From: the human T2T-CHM13v2.0 reference genome, Homo sapiens
Strand: one strand, 5' to 3'
Length of the DNA: 64,000 nucleotides
NCBI RefSeq assembly: GCF_009914755.1
Contig: NC_060930.1
The notes beneath the pieces are model-generated. The model worked only from the letters and a program-made list of their open reading frames with translations, was not told the origin of the DNA and ran no database searches. Below, in pieces: positions 16,092 through 29,729 of the stretch (positions within the stretch are counted from its first letter, which is position 1; every line of letters begins with the position of its first letter). Position numbers and translations under genes: made by a program.

Positions 16092-16441
16092 TTATTTACT
16101 TATTTGGGACAGAGTCTTGCTCTGTCACCATGATGGTGCATGCCTGTAGTCCTAGCTACTCGAGAGGCTGAGATAGGAGGATCACTTGACCCTAGGAGGT
16201 ACAGACTCAACCTTTCAGGTGCAGACTCAACCTCCCAGGGTCAAGCAATCCTCCCATCTCAGCCTCTCAAGTAGCTGGGACTACAGGCATGCACCACCAC
16301 GCCCTGCTAATTTTTGTATTTTTGTACAACATGGGGTTTTACCATGTTGCCCAGGCTGGTCTCGAACTCCTGGGCTCCAGCGATCCACCCATTTTGGCCT
16401 CCCAAAGTGCTGGAATTACAGGTGTGGCCACTGCATCAGCT
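16092..16441 (-). mobile_element. Rearranged Alu (J-like) carrying an internal inverted duplication
   Basis: Minus-strand Alu interrupted at 16130-16200 by a plus-orientation copy of its own 16230-16300 segment. Confidence 0.85.
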
Positions 16442-16685
16442 GATCCTCACATGTATTGAGCACTTCCTTACTTTCTGGTACCACAAGAGATTTCAGGCTT
16501 ATTTTGTACTTGCAGCTTATACTTTCTCTCTTCTAGCCCTGGAATGACCCATTTCTCTAAGGAGCCCTGGTCCTTTTTATTTGAGAATGGTAGATGGAGA
16601 CCAAGATGCATGTGCAGACGTATCCATTGGTACTGGGAAATCAGTCTCCAGGCTCTTTCAGCAGAGAGCTGAGAAATGTATGTGT

Positions 16686-16717
16686 ACACACACACACACA
16701 CACACACTCTCACACAC
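16686..16717. repeat. (CA)n microsatellite
   Basis: Direct reading. Confidence 0.9.
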
Positions 16718-16949
16718 TTCTTATTTCTATATCTAGTCACCTGAAAATATATTGAAAACCATGAGTTCATATGGATCCTCTGCTCTAACACCACTGAACA
16801 GATGCTAGCCTTTTACCTTTCCTTATATCTAACTCCTTTTTCAGATTGTGGGAATCCTGGCTTTCTTTTCCACAATTTATTTACTAGCCATATGTAAGTA
16901 AGGTCCTTTGTCCATATTTTGTTCCCCTTTGTTGTCCCTTAATGATTTT

Positions 16950-18243
16950 CTAAAAAAAAATTATTTTTAATTTTTGTGGGCACATAGTAGGTATATATAT
17001 TTATTTTGAGGTACATGAAATATTTTGATACAGGCATGCGATGTGTAATAATGACATCGTGGAGAATAGGGTATCCAGCTCCCCAAGCATTTATTCTACA
17101 AACAATCCAAATATATTCTTTTAGTTATTTAAAAGTGGGAAATTAAGTTGACGATAGTCATCCTGTTGTTCTATCAAATAGTAGGTCTAATTAATTCTTT
17201 CTATTTTTTTTTTTTTGTCTCCACCTCCCCCCATCCTCCTACTACCCTTCTCGGCCTCTGGTAACCATCTTTCTACTCTCTATGTCCATGAGTTCAATTG
17301 TGTCCATGAGTTTAGCTGTTTTGACTTTCAGATCCCACAAATAAGTGAGAACAGGCAATGTTTGTCTTTCTGTGCCTGGCTTGTTTCACTTAACACAATG
17401 ATCTCCACTTCCATCCATGTTATTGCAAATGACAGGATTCATTCTTTTTATACCTCAATAGTACTCCATTGGGTATATAACACATTTTCTTTATCTGTTC
17501 ATCTGTTGATGGACACTTAGGTTGTTTCCAAATCTTGGTTTTTATGAATAGTGCTGCAATAAACATGGTAGGGCAGGTATCTCTTCAATATACTGATTTC
17601 CCTTGTTTTGGCTGTGAGATCGCTGGATCATGTGGTAGCTCTATTTTTACTTTTTTGAAGAACCTGTAAACTGTTCTCCACAGTGGTTGTACTAATTTAC
17701 ATTCCCACCAACAGTGTACGAGGGTTCCCTTTTCTCCACTTCCTCACCAGCATTTGTTATTGCTTGTCTTTTGGATGAAAGCCATTTTAACTGGGGTGAG
17801 GTAATATCTCATTGTAATTTTGATTTGCATTTCACTGATGATCAGTGATGTTGAGCACCTTTTCATAGGCTTGTTTGTCATTTGTATGTCTTCTTTTAAG
17901 AACTATCTATTCAAATCTTTTGCCCATTTTTTAATCGGGTGATTAGTTTTTTTCCTAGAGTTCTTTGAGCTCCTTAAATACTTTGGTTATTAATCCCTTG
18001 TCAGATGGGTAGTTTATAAATATTTTCTCCCATTCTGCAGGTTGTCTCTTCACTTTGTTGATGGTTTCCTTTGCTGTGCAGAAGCTGTTTAACTTGATCT
18101 GATCCTTTGTCTATTTTTGCTTTGGTGCCTGTGCTTGTGGGGTATATTACTCAGGAAATTTTTGCCCAGACCAACATCCTGGAGATTTTCCCCAATGTTT
18201 TCTTGTAGCAGTTTCATAGTTTTGAGGTCTTAGATTTAAGTCT
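16950..18243 (-). mobile_element. 5'-truncated L1MA/L1PB-type LINE with TSD
   Basis: L1 3' UTR and ORF2-end motifs (TTTACATTCCCACCAACAGTGTA, TTTGCTGTGCAGAAGC); TSD CCTTAATGATTTT at 16937-16949 and 18244-18256. Confidence 0.88.
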
Positions 18244-18452
18244 CCTTAATGATTTTTAAGAGCGCCTTTTCATTAGGGCCATTGGTCCTTTGTTGCTCAA
18301 AGTGTTTCAAACATATACTTTTTCCTTTACTTTTTTATTTTTGCTTTACAGTATTTACAATTTTTTTCTCTTTTTTGGAGTTAGTGTCTTATATGTGGTG
18401 ATGGTATCATGGATGTATGCATATGTCCAAGCTCATTAAAATGTATACATTA

Positions 18453-18754
<302 letters not shown>

Positions 18755-18879
18755 TTAGATATGTATATTTTTGTATATCAACTATAAATTGATAAATATT
18801 AATGAAGCTTACATTTCTCAATTTCATTGAGAAATTAAATCTATCAAGTTTATTAACTAGAATTCATTTTTTTTAAATA

Positions 18880-19350
18880 ACATAAAATGATGGAAATAGA
18901 CAATTACCATCTGGCAAATATCACAGCAGTAATTTACTTTAGTCAAGAATCATCAATGGATGCTAAGCTTAGTGGGTCAAAGTGTGATGACAAAGAGGAT
19001 AATTATATAATATTAAAGTATTGCCCCCACAAGATACTTATTTATTACAAAGGAAAAATAGCAAATTTGCAGAGGAGAAACTTGAGAGGTACTACTTTAA
19101 CCACGTGATTAAAGTAATGGGACAGTAATGGGACAGACCAACGTCAAATCCCTCCTAATGTGATACACTGAGAAGTACACCACATTACTTTTGTAGTATT
19201 CTTGAACAAATGCAAACCTTGAATTTAATTAAAGAAGACCTCGGATGAATTTAAGTTGAGAGACTCTTCAAAAGTCTGAAGTTGATGTAGGACAAAGAAA
19301 AACTGAGGAACTGTACCAGGGGAAAGGAGACTAAGATACATGGCAATTTT
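18880..19350 (+). mobile_element. Old L1M (L1ME-like) fragment
   Basis: Degenerate L1M 3' motifs (GTCAAGAATCATCAATGGATGCTAA, GAAAAACTGAGGAACTGT). Confidence 0.55.
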
Positions 19351-21413
19351 GGGGAAGCTGATCCTGAGTTAAGGGTACTGATCATATATTATTTTCCTGG
19401 ATCCCAAATAGCAAACAGCATGGAAGCAAGCACTAAGTAAAATGATTATTTAGTAAATACTTATTGGCTGATTAATTATTAAAGAATCTAGATGTGTAGA
19501 GTCTTCTGACTTCATCAGCTCACCTCTTCCTTAGTAGGAATATTTGTTCCAAACCACCCACAGAATATAGGTGTGCAGTTAGGTATGCCAGAAGAATTCT
19601 GTCCTTCATCAGATGATTTATAGCACATAGGCTAAAAAAACTGAATAGCTTTGAAGGTGCTAGACTCTGCCAAGTGAAGATGTTCCACGATCTCAGCCAT
19701 CACTCCAATTTATTTGTTCTTGATCCTGAAGAACTAAAGAGCAAGGCCTCCTTGCAGACATGTCTTCAGTCAAATCTTCAGAGAGTCTATACGGAGAATG
19801 GGTCTCCTATTTACTTCTCCATTTGGGAAATGTCACTCAAATATCATAAATTAAACTTCCCACTGAATTTTGTCTATTTTCAAAAATATACCTGTAGACT
19901 TTCAGCTTCTGAGAATGGGAAGCTCACATAAAAATAGCCAGGATTTCAGAGTCTCTGAGCCTACCCTGGCTCAGAAGGCTGCCCAACAACAACAACAACA
20001 ACAACACAGCCAGGATTTTTGTAAAAAATTGATAAATAATACAAATTAACACATCCATCAGGCCTAGAAAATCCAAGAAGGATATATGAAATCCAAAAAT
20101 GATATATAAAAATCTATACCAAGATACATCACACCAAGGCTACAGAATGTCAAAGTAAAAGAGAGAAATCTGAAAAACATCTAGATAAAACCACTGTCCT
20201 CCAGAAATGCTTCAATGGCAGCTTAGATAAGTTAGTTTCCAGAGCATGAGCCAACCTATTTTATTTTGCAAAAATACTACCATCTCTCAAATTAATACAC
20301 TTTTGGTTTTCTTTAATAATTACAAGAAACTGATATCAAGTGTTAATTAATATATAGATGCAGTAAAATGCTTCAGCAAACAATAAAATTTTGTTTTACT
20401 TTTAGTTTTATTTTCCAGAGAAGTTAGATTTTGAGGGTATCCATTACTTAATAGACCAAACGACGAGAAAGAAGGCAGAGAAAAATAAAATGTAAACTTT
20501 GATTGACTTTCCACTTTTATGTAGAAAACATGATTGATTTTCTCCAGATTATTTTTTCCATTTTTCAGAGTGTGTAGTTCATTACTCGTCAGATTTAGTT
20601 TCTGAAAGATTCTGAAATTTCCTTTAATCTTTTAAAAGCTAAAGGTTGACTCTCATTTACAAGAATGAAGAAGTCTTGCAGGTTTAGGTGACATGAGCTT
20701 GTGGGAATAACACTAGAAGTATCCAATGTTATCCAAGAAACATGGAGGATCCAAGAAATGTGGATTTCATTCTCAGTTCTAGACTCAAGTAGCTACGAAA
20801 CTTGGTAGAGAAGCCACTCTACCTTAGGAGCCACAGTTATTTCATATCCTATAATTCTATACCCCAGGCCACACTGACCTTGGAATAAATCTAGATCTCA
20901 ATAACGGACATGCACAGTAGTTCCCTGGCTCCAATCCTCACCCACTAGTGCAGAACGTTAAATCTTTGAATTATTCCTAGGAATACCAAGAGGCAATCCA
21001 TATGTGCTCACGAATCTACTGATTTTAATTCCCTTTTATTTACACCTTCTGCCTTCTTCCCTATTTTTAGACTCTCTTTAGGGGTCTGTAGCTGAAGCTT
21101 CCAAATCAAAACTTAAATATCTTCCCCTTGACTTCAATGCTATAGTTCAGGGACTGGTTTGGACATTAGGTGACATCTCTGGAGACCTCAGGGCACCAAA
21201 GTAGGTGTAGCTCCCTCATTGAGTTCCTCTCTGTCACCTGGTCCCAGAGCAGTGCTGCCTTGAGCTCCCTATGCTCAGAGAGAGAACAGTTGCACTGCTC
21301 TTTAAGAGTTTGTTTCCCATAGCCTCCACATTCGTAAGAGTGCCGCTTCAATTCTGGGAGGGTAAAAAAAAAAGAAAGGAAGGAAAGAGTAGGCGTCTGT
21401 TAACATATAGTTG

Positions 21414-21445
21414 TGAAGCAACCCGAGCCAGACACTTCTTATGAA
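21414..21445. promoter_or_regulatory. Candidate ARG1 upstream enhancer core (C/EBP-like + STAT6 site)
   Basis: TGAAGCAA 21414-21421; TTCTTATGAA (TTC-N4-GAA) 21436-21445. Confidence 0.5.
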
Positions 21446-21881
21446 CCTTCTTTTTATGGTGACCCATGCTACTTAGGCTACTAATATGCCTTAAGGGGTT
21501 AAGAGAGTTCCTACTCAAAGAAATGACTATGTAACTTACCCAGAGATCATCCTGTTTGAACATTTCCATAAAATCATAGTGTGTAGTGTTCCAGGACCAG
21601 GTCCAACCTTACCGTATTGGATTTAAGGGGTCTAGGAAATGCACCAAGCAAAATGATTCCCTGAAGTCTCCCGATTCAAGATTTAGTCTTTCAAATTTTG
21701 TGTATATTCCAGTCTTTGGTAAAAGTGCTAAGAATCCTGGGCCTCATCTGGAAAGAATTCTTATCTGTTAGCTGGCTGTTGAAAAGACAATGCAGAAATG
21801 GGCTGTAGTTTGGAGCAACAGAAAGAAAAACAAGTAGAGGGCAAAAGTGTGTCATTTTTTTCATCCCTCTCATTATGTAAG

Positions 21882-22766
<885 letters not shown>

Positions 22767-23039
22767 AGGGCCTGTTATGTGTCAGATCTCATTCCAGTAG
22801 CTTTGGATTAGGGTCAAATAAGATGTGGTCTCATTCCCAGGAAAATGCCAGATAGGATTTTTCTTTCAACATTTGGTTAAGAGACTTGCAGTGTTAGAAG
22901 GGCTTTTAAAACCTCAATGTACATAACCCTGAGATAAATGAAAGAATTGAGCTGAAGAAAGTGTATCTTTGATAGAGTGATATAGGTGAGACACCCCTTA
23001 TCTTCTTCCTCTAGCAGTCTTGAGATGACAGCTTTGGAG

Positions 23040-23560
23040 ACTGAAAAAATAGCTTGTGTTAATAATAAAAAGGAAGCAGCAATCACTAGAAGTCAGCATG
23101 AGTTCACCAAGAACTGGACCTGTCAAGGTCAGCCCATCAACTTTGACAGGGAAGTCAGATTGGCAGAAGAAAAGGTAGTAAAGTGTGATGAGATTTTATT
23201 GAGACACCGGATAAATTTCCTTACGATGTCCTTGTGAACAGGATGGAGTGGTTGAGTTGGAAATTAGTAATCAGTTGTATCTCAACTGATGATTAATTAA
23301 TGGGGCTATGCCAATCTGGGTTAAGGTTTCCAGTGGAATGTCACAGAGTGTTTGTAAAAGTGCTGCCTTATTCAACATTTTTATCAGTGACTTGGAAAAG
23401 TCAAATGTTATCAAATTTGTGTCTGATGGACCAGATAACTCCACCTGTATTTGGATATGTGCATTTTGTTCTGGATGCCCTATTTAGGAAAGGCAGAGGG
23501 AAGCGAGATGTTTTGAAGACAGCGACCAAGTTGGTGACCTGAAGGAAAGTGGCAACTATG
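23040..23560 (+). mobile_element. CR1/L3 LINE reverse-transcriptase relic
   Basis: Translation ITRSQHEFTKNWTCQ..INFD resembles CR1 RT motif SQHGFxKxxSCxTNLISFxD. Confidence 0.6.
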
Positions 23561-23839
23561 TAACACAAGAAATTAGTGAGGTATTTGGGAATATTCAGCC
23601 TAAACAATAGAAATCCAAGAAAGACATGACAGCCAAGAGATAATGTGCTTTACTTGGATTAAAGGGTGGTGACCAATGGTTCATATGACAGGAAGGCAAT
23701 CTCAGCTTGGCATACAAAGAACTTTCAGGATGTGAATTTTTCAAAGAAAAAATTCTAGCAATCAAATTTGAAAGTTAGCAAATCTCCATGGATTGATTTA
23801 TAAATCTAGTAAAAATTCTAGCAAATACTTTTAAGGAAT

Positions 23840-24500
23840 TAGGTTATTCCAACTATAGGAGAATAGAGACCCATAAAAGGTAAATCAATTTTGAAAAAGA
23901 AGAGCAAAACAGTTACTCTTGCCTAAACAATGATAAGATGTACCGCAAAACTGTATTGATAAAACCTGATGGATCTGGTGCAGCCATAGGTAAATAAGTC
24001 AATGGAACAGAAGAAAGAGTTTAGTGACAGACAGCACTCCAATCAATTGCAAAATGAATGACTATTCAATGGGTGTTGTTGAGGAAACTGATGCATGAAT
24101 GATAGAGGAAAAACGAGTTGGAAAATTTACATAACATACAAAGATGGATTCAGGAACTAAGTGAGAAAGATAAGCTCTAAGGCAAATGGAAGAAAATGTA
24201 AAACTACATACCTACAATTTGATGGGGTGGCAGGAATTTAATAAGACTTCCAAAGCACAAAGCATTCGGGGGAAATTATACAAGTGTCTATTTTAAAATT
24301 GAGGATTTTGAGTGATAACATATAAAAAGTTATCAGATTTCTGACAGGTTGGGAAAAGTTATTTGCAATGTCAATGCTATAAGGTTAATATCTAGGCAAT
24401 ATGAGGAATACCACAAGTAAATATTTAGGATATACAAGCAAACCCACAAGAAAAAGGTAGGAAACCTATTTGGAAAACAGTCCTATCAAAATGGACCCAT
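23840..24500 (+). mobile_element. Old L1M ORF2 fragment
   Basis: Degenerate L1 motifs (CAATGGAACAGAAGAAAGAG, GGTTAATATCTAG). Confidence 0.55.
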
Positions 24501-25509
24501 GAGACTTTGGTTTCCTCATTTATCCATTCAATAAATATTTATTGAGTGCCTATTATACACCAACACTCTTCTAGGCCCTGGGGATACAGCAGACAAAATT
24601 CTCTGACCTCATGGAATTTAAATTCCAAAATGTTCTTTCCCACCAATAGGAAAAAGAAATTAGTTTCTACTAAGTGAATTTTCCCTTTAAATTACAATTA
24701 CATAATTTTAAAGTCGGAAGGATCTTTAAGGTGCCTTTATTTTAAATTCATACTTTTGTATGGTGACAAATGGTAGCTCAGGGGCATAGAGGTTGACACC
24801 TTCCCAGCATTTAGACTATAAGCTCGACGGTTAAGTGGATTCAGAATGGCAGAGACTAAATCCCGACTTTTCTTCTACAGCCTATGTTGGCAACGGGTCT
24901 GAGCTTCAGTTTATTCATCAGTATAATGGCACCAATGATGAGACTTCACATAAAATTGGTATAAATATAAATATGGTATTTTGAAACAGAACTGCATCGG
25001 ACACATGGTAAAAACTCAATGTTAGCTATTTTTATTTCTATACTTTGATTATGATATGATTCTACAATTATTTTCCTGTACACCATACTTCAAAAATGGT
25101 AACCTCTCTGGGTTACCAATCAAGTAACTAATTTTTTAAAGTAATCATCAAAAAAGGAAGTTATATACTCTTTATTATATTATACCCTAAAAGTTTATGA
25201 AATGTGTCTCATGGATTAACCATTTACCCTCATGTGTGAAATCTCAACTCAGGATTTTAGGGCTGGAAGGGATGTGACAGACGATCTTGCCAAGCCCGGC
25301 CCTTCTTCTACAAGGACGTCTTCAGAGATCTGGAGGAGGAAAGGGCCTTGCCCTGAGTTCGCTGAGCCAGAACAATAGGACTTCTTCTGTAGTTGTGAAA
25401 CTTGTCAGTTGTTGAAGTCAGGTTAATGTCATCTGGCTGGCTTTTTAAAAGGGTGTGAAGTGAGAACATGAATAATTGTCACTTGATTAGAGACCTAGAC
25501 TCAGAGTTA

Positions 25510-25585
25510 GGTTACTCCATGTATGAAGTAACCCCATATAGTTACTTCATACATGGAGTAACCATATAGTTACTCCATGTATGAA
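25510..25585. repeat. Alternating inverted repeat (A / revcomp-A / partial A) in ARG1 promoter
   Basis: GGTTACTCCATGTATGAAGTAAC (25510-25532) is the exact reverse complement of 25541-25563; partial third copy 25569-25585. Confidence 0.95.
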
Positions 25586-25623
25586 AAATTGCAAGACTGT
25601 TGACTGTCATTCTTTGGTTTAGT

Positions 25624-25759
25624 GGGTGGAGCCAGCTGTCCTCATTAGATAAAGGTTGTTTATTCAACCCAAGTATAAATGGAAAAAAAAGATGCGCCCT
25701 CTGTCACTGAGGGTTGACTGACTGGAGAGCTCAAGTGCAGCAAAGAGAAGTGTCAGAGC
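25624..25759 (+). promoter_or_regulatory. ARG1: ARG1 core promoter and 5' UTR (TATAAA 25674-25679; TSS ~25700)
   Basis: TATA ~85 nt upstream of ATG; GGGTGG, CAGCTG, AGATAA and TGTTTATTC motifs upstream of TATA. Confidence 0.8.
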
Positions 25760-25816
25760 ATGAGCGCCAAGTCCAGAACCATAGGGATTATTGGAGCTCC
25801 TTTCTCAAAGGGACAG
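25760..25816 (+). CDS. ARG1: Arginase-1 exon 1 (MSAKSRTIGIIGAPFSKGQ)
   Basis: ATG, recognised N-terminus, CAG|GTAAGG donor. Confidence 0.98.
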
Positions 25817-26439
25817 GTAAGGAAAAAAGTCTTTCTTTGAATTCCTGGAATTTAGTTGAAAATTTTGGACTTCAAAATTTGTAAGGTGTTATTGTCTAGT
25901 TAGTTCAGTTTTCTGATACAATCTGGCCAGGAAATGCATATTTTAAAGTCCTCTCACCATTTTCCAACATTGTATAATTATAGTCACATATCCACTTACT
26001 TTTGTGGCTCGTGATCTCAGCCAAGGCTAAATTCATTTGAACCTACAGAATGTTTTCTCATATTTTTTAGGAGAAAATATTTTTCTTTGAATTGAAATGG
26101 ACTCTTTCTGCATTGTAGCTACTCATTGAGGTTTAGTTGCTCTTGTTGTTTTTGATGTTACTGTGTGTATGTAGAGGAAGAGAGAATTTTAAGAAATACA
26201 TTTGTTTAGTTATGTAATTAATGCCTAGAAAAATTTAATAGTTTGGTGGTAACCTTCAGGCTTCTTATAATTTGGATAACCTAAATATTATTGTTTCATG
26301 CAACTTTGTGAATAATTCATGTTATGTTAGGGTTTTAATGTTTCTATGAAACTGTTCATTCATGGACTAGGTAGAATCCTTTATGTGCCTCACTTGGAAG
26401 GGGAAAAAAAGAACAAAAAAAGAAAGAAAATCCTACTGC

Positions 26440-26772
26440 GGGTTGGCAACTCTAAAAGGATTTTAATGGATTTATGAAACCCCCAGATTTCCTTACAGCC
26501 ACGAGCTGTGAATCCACACATGCCAGCAACATTGAATACACTTTTTTTTCTGCCTGGGCACACTTATTCTAGTAAAGAGAGTGTGATGACAGAACACCTT
26601 AGACTTCAACACGCATCTGTGCTTAAAGAGGATAAAAAACAAAGAACAAAATCAAACAAGACAATGTATGAGTTGAAACTACTAAGGTTGATTTTCTCCA
26701 GGTTTCTCAGGATCTGGGCAGCGTTTTGCTTCCTCTTAATTTGGAACCCTTGCTGTGTACTCTGACTTTTTA
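26440..26772 (-). other. MED23: Probable alternative terminal exon of MED23 (contributes only TAA + 3' UTR)
   Basis: Minus-strand acceptor TTTGTTTTGCAG|TAA at 26772; ATTAAA at 26462-26467; in-frame donor CAG|GTGCCC at 40184; agrees with recalled long MED23 isoform ending inside ARG1 intron 1. Confidence 0.7.
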
Positions 26773-29054
26773 CTGCAAAACAAATTGAGAGAGGCCAGAG
26801 GTTAGAGGCCCAAACTGCATTTGGACTGTCAGTAAATACTACTTTGCTTCCCCTGGAAATCCTCCAAAAGTCTCTCCCAAACACAGGGACATTTTGCTGA
26901 CACAGAAATGTTCCTTTTAAAATCCACACTGTTCTCACCCACTCTTGAACAGGTTATAATAAATATATAATTTAAAAACCTCACAAAAGGGAAGCAAGTG
27001 TCCTCCTTCTACCACCCTCCTCCCATTAAAACATGGTCATGAGAATGGAGTTCATTGTCTCATGATTGTAAGGACTAAGAGAGAGAGATTTTTTACACTA
27101 AGTCATAGAGTAGAGAGGATAAAATGGCCAACATATAAGTATTTGTCCTCACCTAAAGGAGGTACAAGTTTGACAAATAAGCAAAAGGAAAGGATTAGAG
27201 GGCAGATGACTAAAATGTTGAGTCTGAGAAAGGGCTTCATCCCTGTCTCACCTCCTTGAAAGGCTTGCAAGGCAGCGAACAAACAATAAGGTAGGTATTA
27301 TTTTTACCTTACAGTTGGGTTAAAAAAAAGCCCAGAGAGGTTTGGTAATGTGCTCAACGTCACACAGCCTTGACTGCATAATTCCAGACAAGATAATCTG
27401 ATTCCAATGCCTATGCCCTTGATTTGCACTGATGTCTCTTCAGACTATTCAACTCCAAAGGCGACCTTATACTTGTGGCCATTTAGGGATTGGGCCCAGC
27501 TTAGAAAGTCGGTGGAGCTGACAAAGCAATTTCCAAAGTGGGCAGATAGAGCAAGCAAGAGGAAAGCCCAATCATGAGAAGCCATTTGAATAAAACAAAT
27601 AAAAAAGAATTCTAGAAAATTTAATGGCTGTGTTATAGCAAATATAGTGTCAACTAAGGGGTCTATGAGCTTTGTTCTAAAATATGAAAGGGAGAAGGGT
27701 AAAAAAGCCAAGGAGTTTTATCAAACTGAGTATTGAGTATCTACTATATGTCAGCTCTACACTACAAAATATAGTGCCCCACATGTAAAGCAAGCTGGAC
27801 TGAAATCTAACAATGAGGAAAAGACAAAAACAGACACAAAACTAAAGGCAAAACATGAACCAAGCAGCACCCTATTGGGGTTGAAAGAAGGAGAAATCAT
27901 GTTTACTTGATTGGGGAGAGGCAGGTGTGTCAAGCAAAAAGGGAGTAAAGAAGCAAAATGTGTCAGGCAGAGGATAGGGCGGGTCCCTTGCTGCCAGGGA
28001 CAGGAATTTAACATCAAGGATTTGCCTGGCACCCAGGGCAAGTCTTCTGTTCCTTTGAATGGGGAAAAAATACTTGCTTACTTTGATGCCACAGCCCCAA
28101 TCCTAAAGATAGACACACGTGTCTTTTAACACATTGTCTCATCTGACAACATGTAATAATCTTCTGCATCTAAAAGCTCTGTTGGAAATTAAAATCAGAA
28201 AGATACAGAAAGGAACTGTGCCTTTAGACCTCTAATTGTTCAGGGGACTGAGGAAGACTTGCCCCTTGGAGGAAGAGTGTTAGTTTCCCTAATGTCAAAA
28301 CGGCAAGGGTAGAACTTCCCATCATACTGTTAAGCAGGCCAAAACTTGAAATTACTGGGTTGGTCTTTGTAGTTTTCAGCTCCCAGATGATGACTTTTTC
28401 TGTTGCCTGCTTTCTCCCCAAGAGCTCTAGCTTACTTATGTGAGTACATGCACGTAGGTCTCTTTCATGTCACACTCTTTCGATGCTTTTGCCCAATCGT
28501 TCCCTTGGTTTGCAGAGTTTCTCCATCACTCTGTCTTGTTTTCCTAACTACCTACTCATGTCGCAAGACTCAGCTTAAACAGCATTTATTTCTTGCAGCC
28601 TTTACTGACACACCCTGTCCCCAACAGTGTTAAGGGCATCCTGTTTTTGTTACTAGGACATTTTATATCATCACTGAAGCAGCTATGTATTGAAACTGGA
28701 GTTAAATGCCCATATCTCCTATCAGCTTATGAGGGACTCAAAGTCAAAAGCCTTTTCATTATTGGATCTCATCTACCAGACTGCTTTTGCACAAACTACT
28801 TGTTCACTGTGTTGATAACATGGTTTGACGGGAAGAGGGGATGTAGGTTTTGGAATCCAAAGACCTGAATATGAACATAGGCTCTGCCACTTATTAGCTG
28901 TGTGCCAGTCTGAAAACCATATAACCTTTGTGATTCTAGTTCTTTCTATTTGGCATAAAAGTCATTCAGTCTACCTTGCTGTGAAGATTAAAAGAGATGA
29001 TGTAAATTCCTGGCTCTGTAGGAGCTCAAAAAATGATAGTTACAGTTCAACTGA

Positions 29055-29216
<162 letters not shown>

Positions 29217-29729
29217 TAAGTTGAAAAATGATCAGCCTGATTTCCTCCCCACTCTGAAGGAAAGAGCAGGCCCCTGTGAACCTGGAGTGTGTCTGGAATA
29301 TTTACATCAGAATTGCGGTACTGGTTACAACCCGAGAAACACATCCTACAAAAGCAGCAGGGCATGGGGAGAATGCTCAGGAAACATTGCTGGATGTACA
29401 TCCTCACTCAGATATTTTGTCTTTCCAGCCAAACTACAGTATAAGATAAATTGTGTGTGCAAGAACGGGGGTTGGGGTGGATGGTAGGGGAGCCGGGGGA
29501 ACAGCAAATGGAAGGCAAGGTGCAGCAGGAAGTATGCTACTAGCAAGAGGACCCCTATTTGTGAAATAAAATAAAATAAAACAGTAATAATGATAATAAC
29601 AACAGCGCCTAGTGTGGGCGCAGTGTGTATATATACATACATATACATAAGCATGCAAATGCAAATTTACGTATATTTTTAAAGTATGGGCTCAATTTTC
29701 TGTTACCTTTACATATAAGATTCTGATAA

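Noticed and set aside
25510-25585. CRISPR-like repeat-spacer array
   Set aside because: Units alternate in orientation, spacers are 5-8 nt and similar to each other, no cas genes, mammalian context
26606-26938. 110-aa antisense ORF in ARG1 intron 1
   Set aside because: No recognisable protein; overlap with the MED23 distal exon is in a different frame from its TAA
29602-29622. CTCF-like CAGCGCCTAGTGTGGG
   Set aside because: Several core positions mismatch the consensus; not supportable without ChIP data
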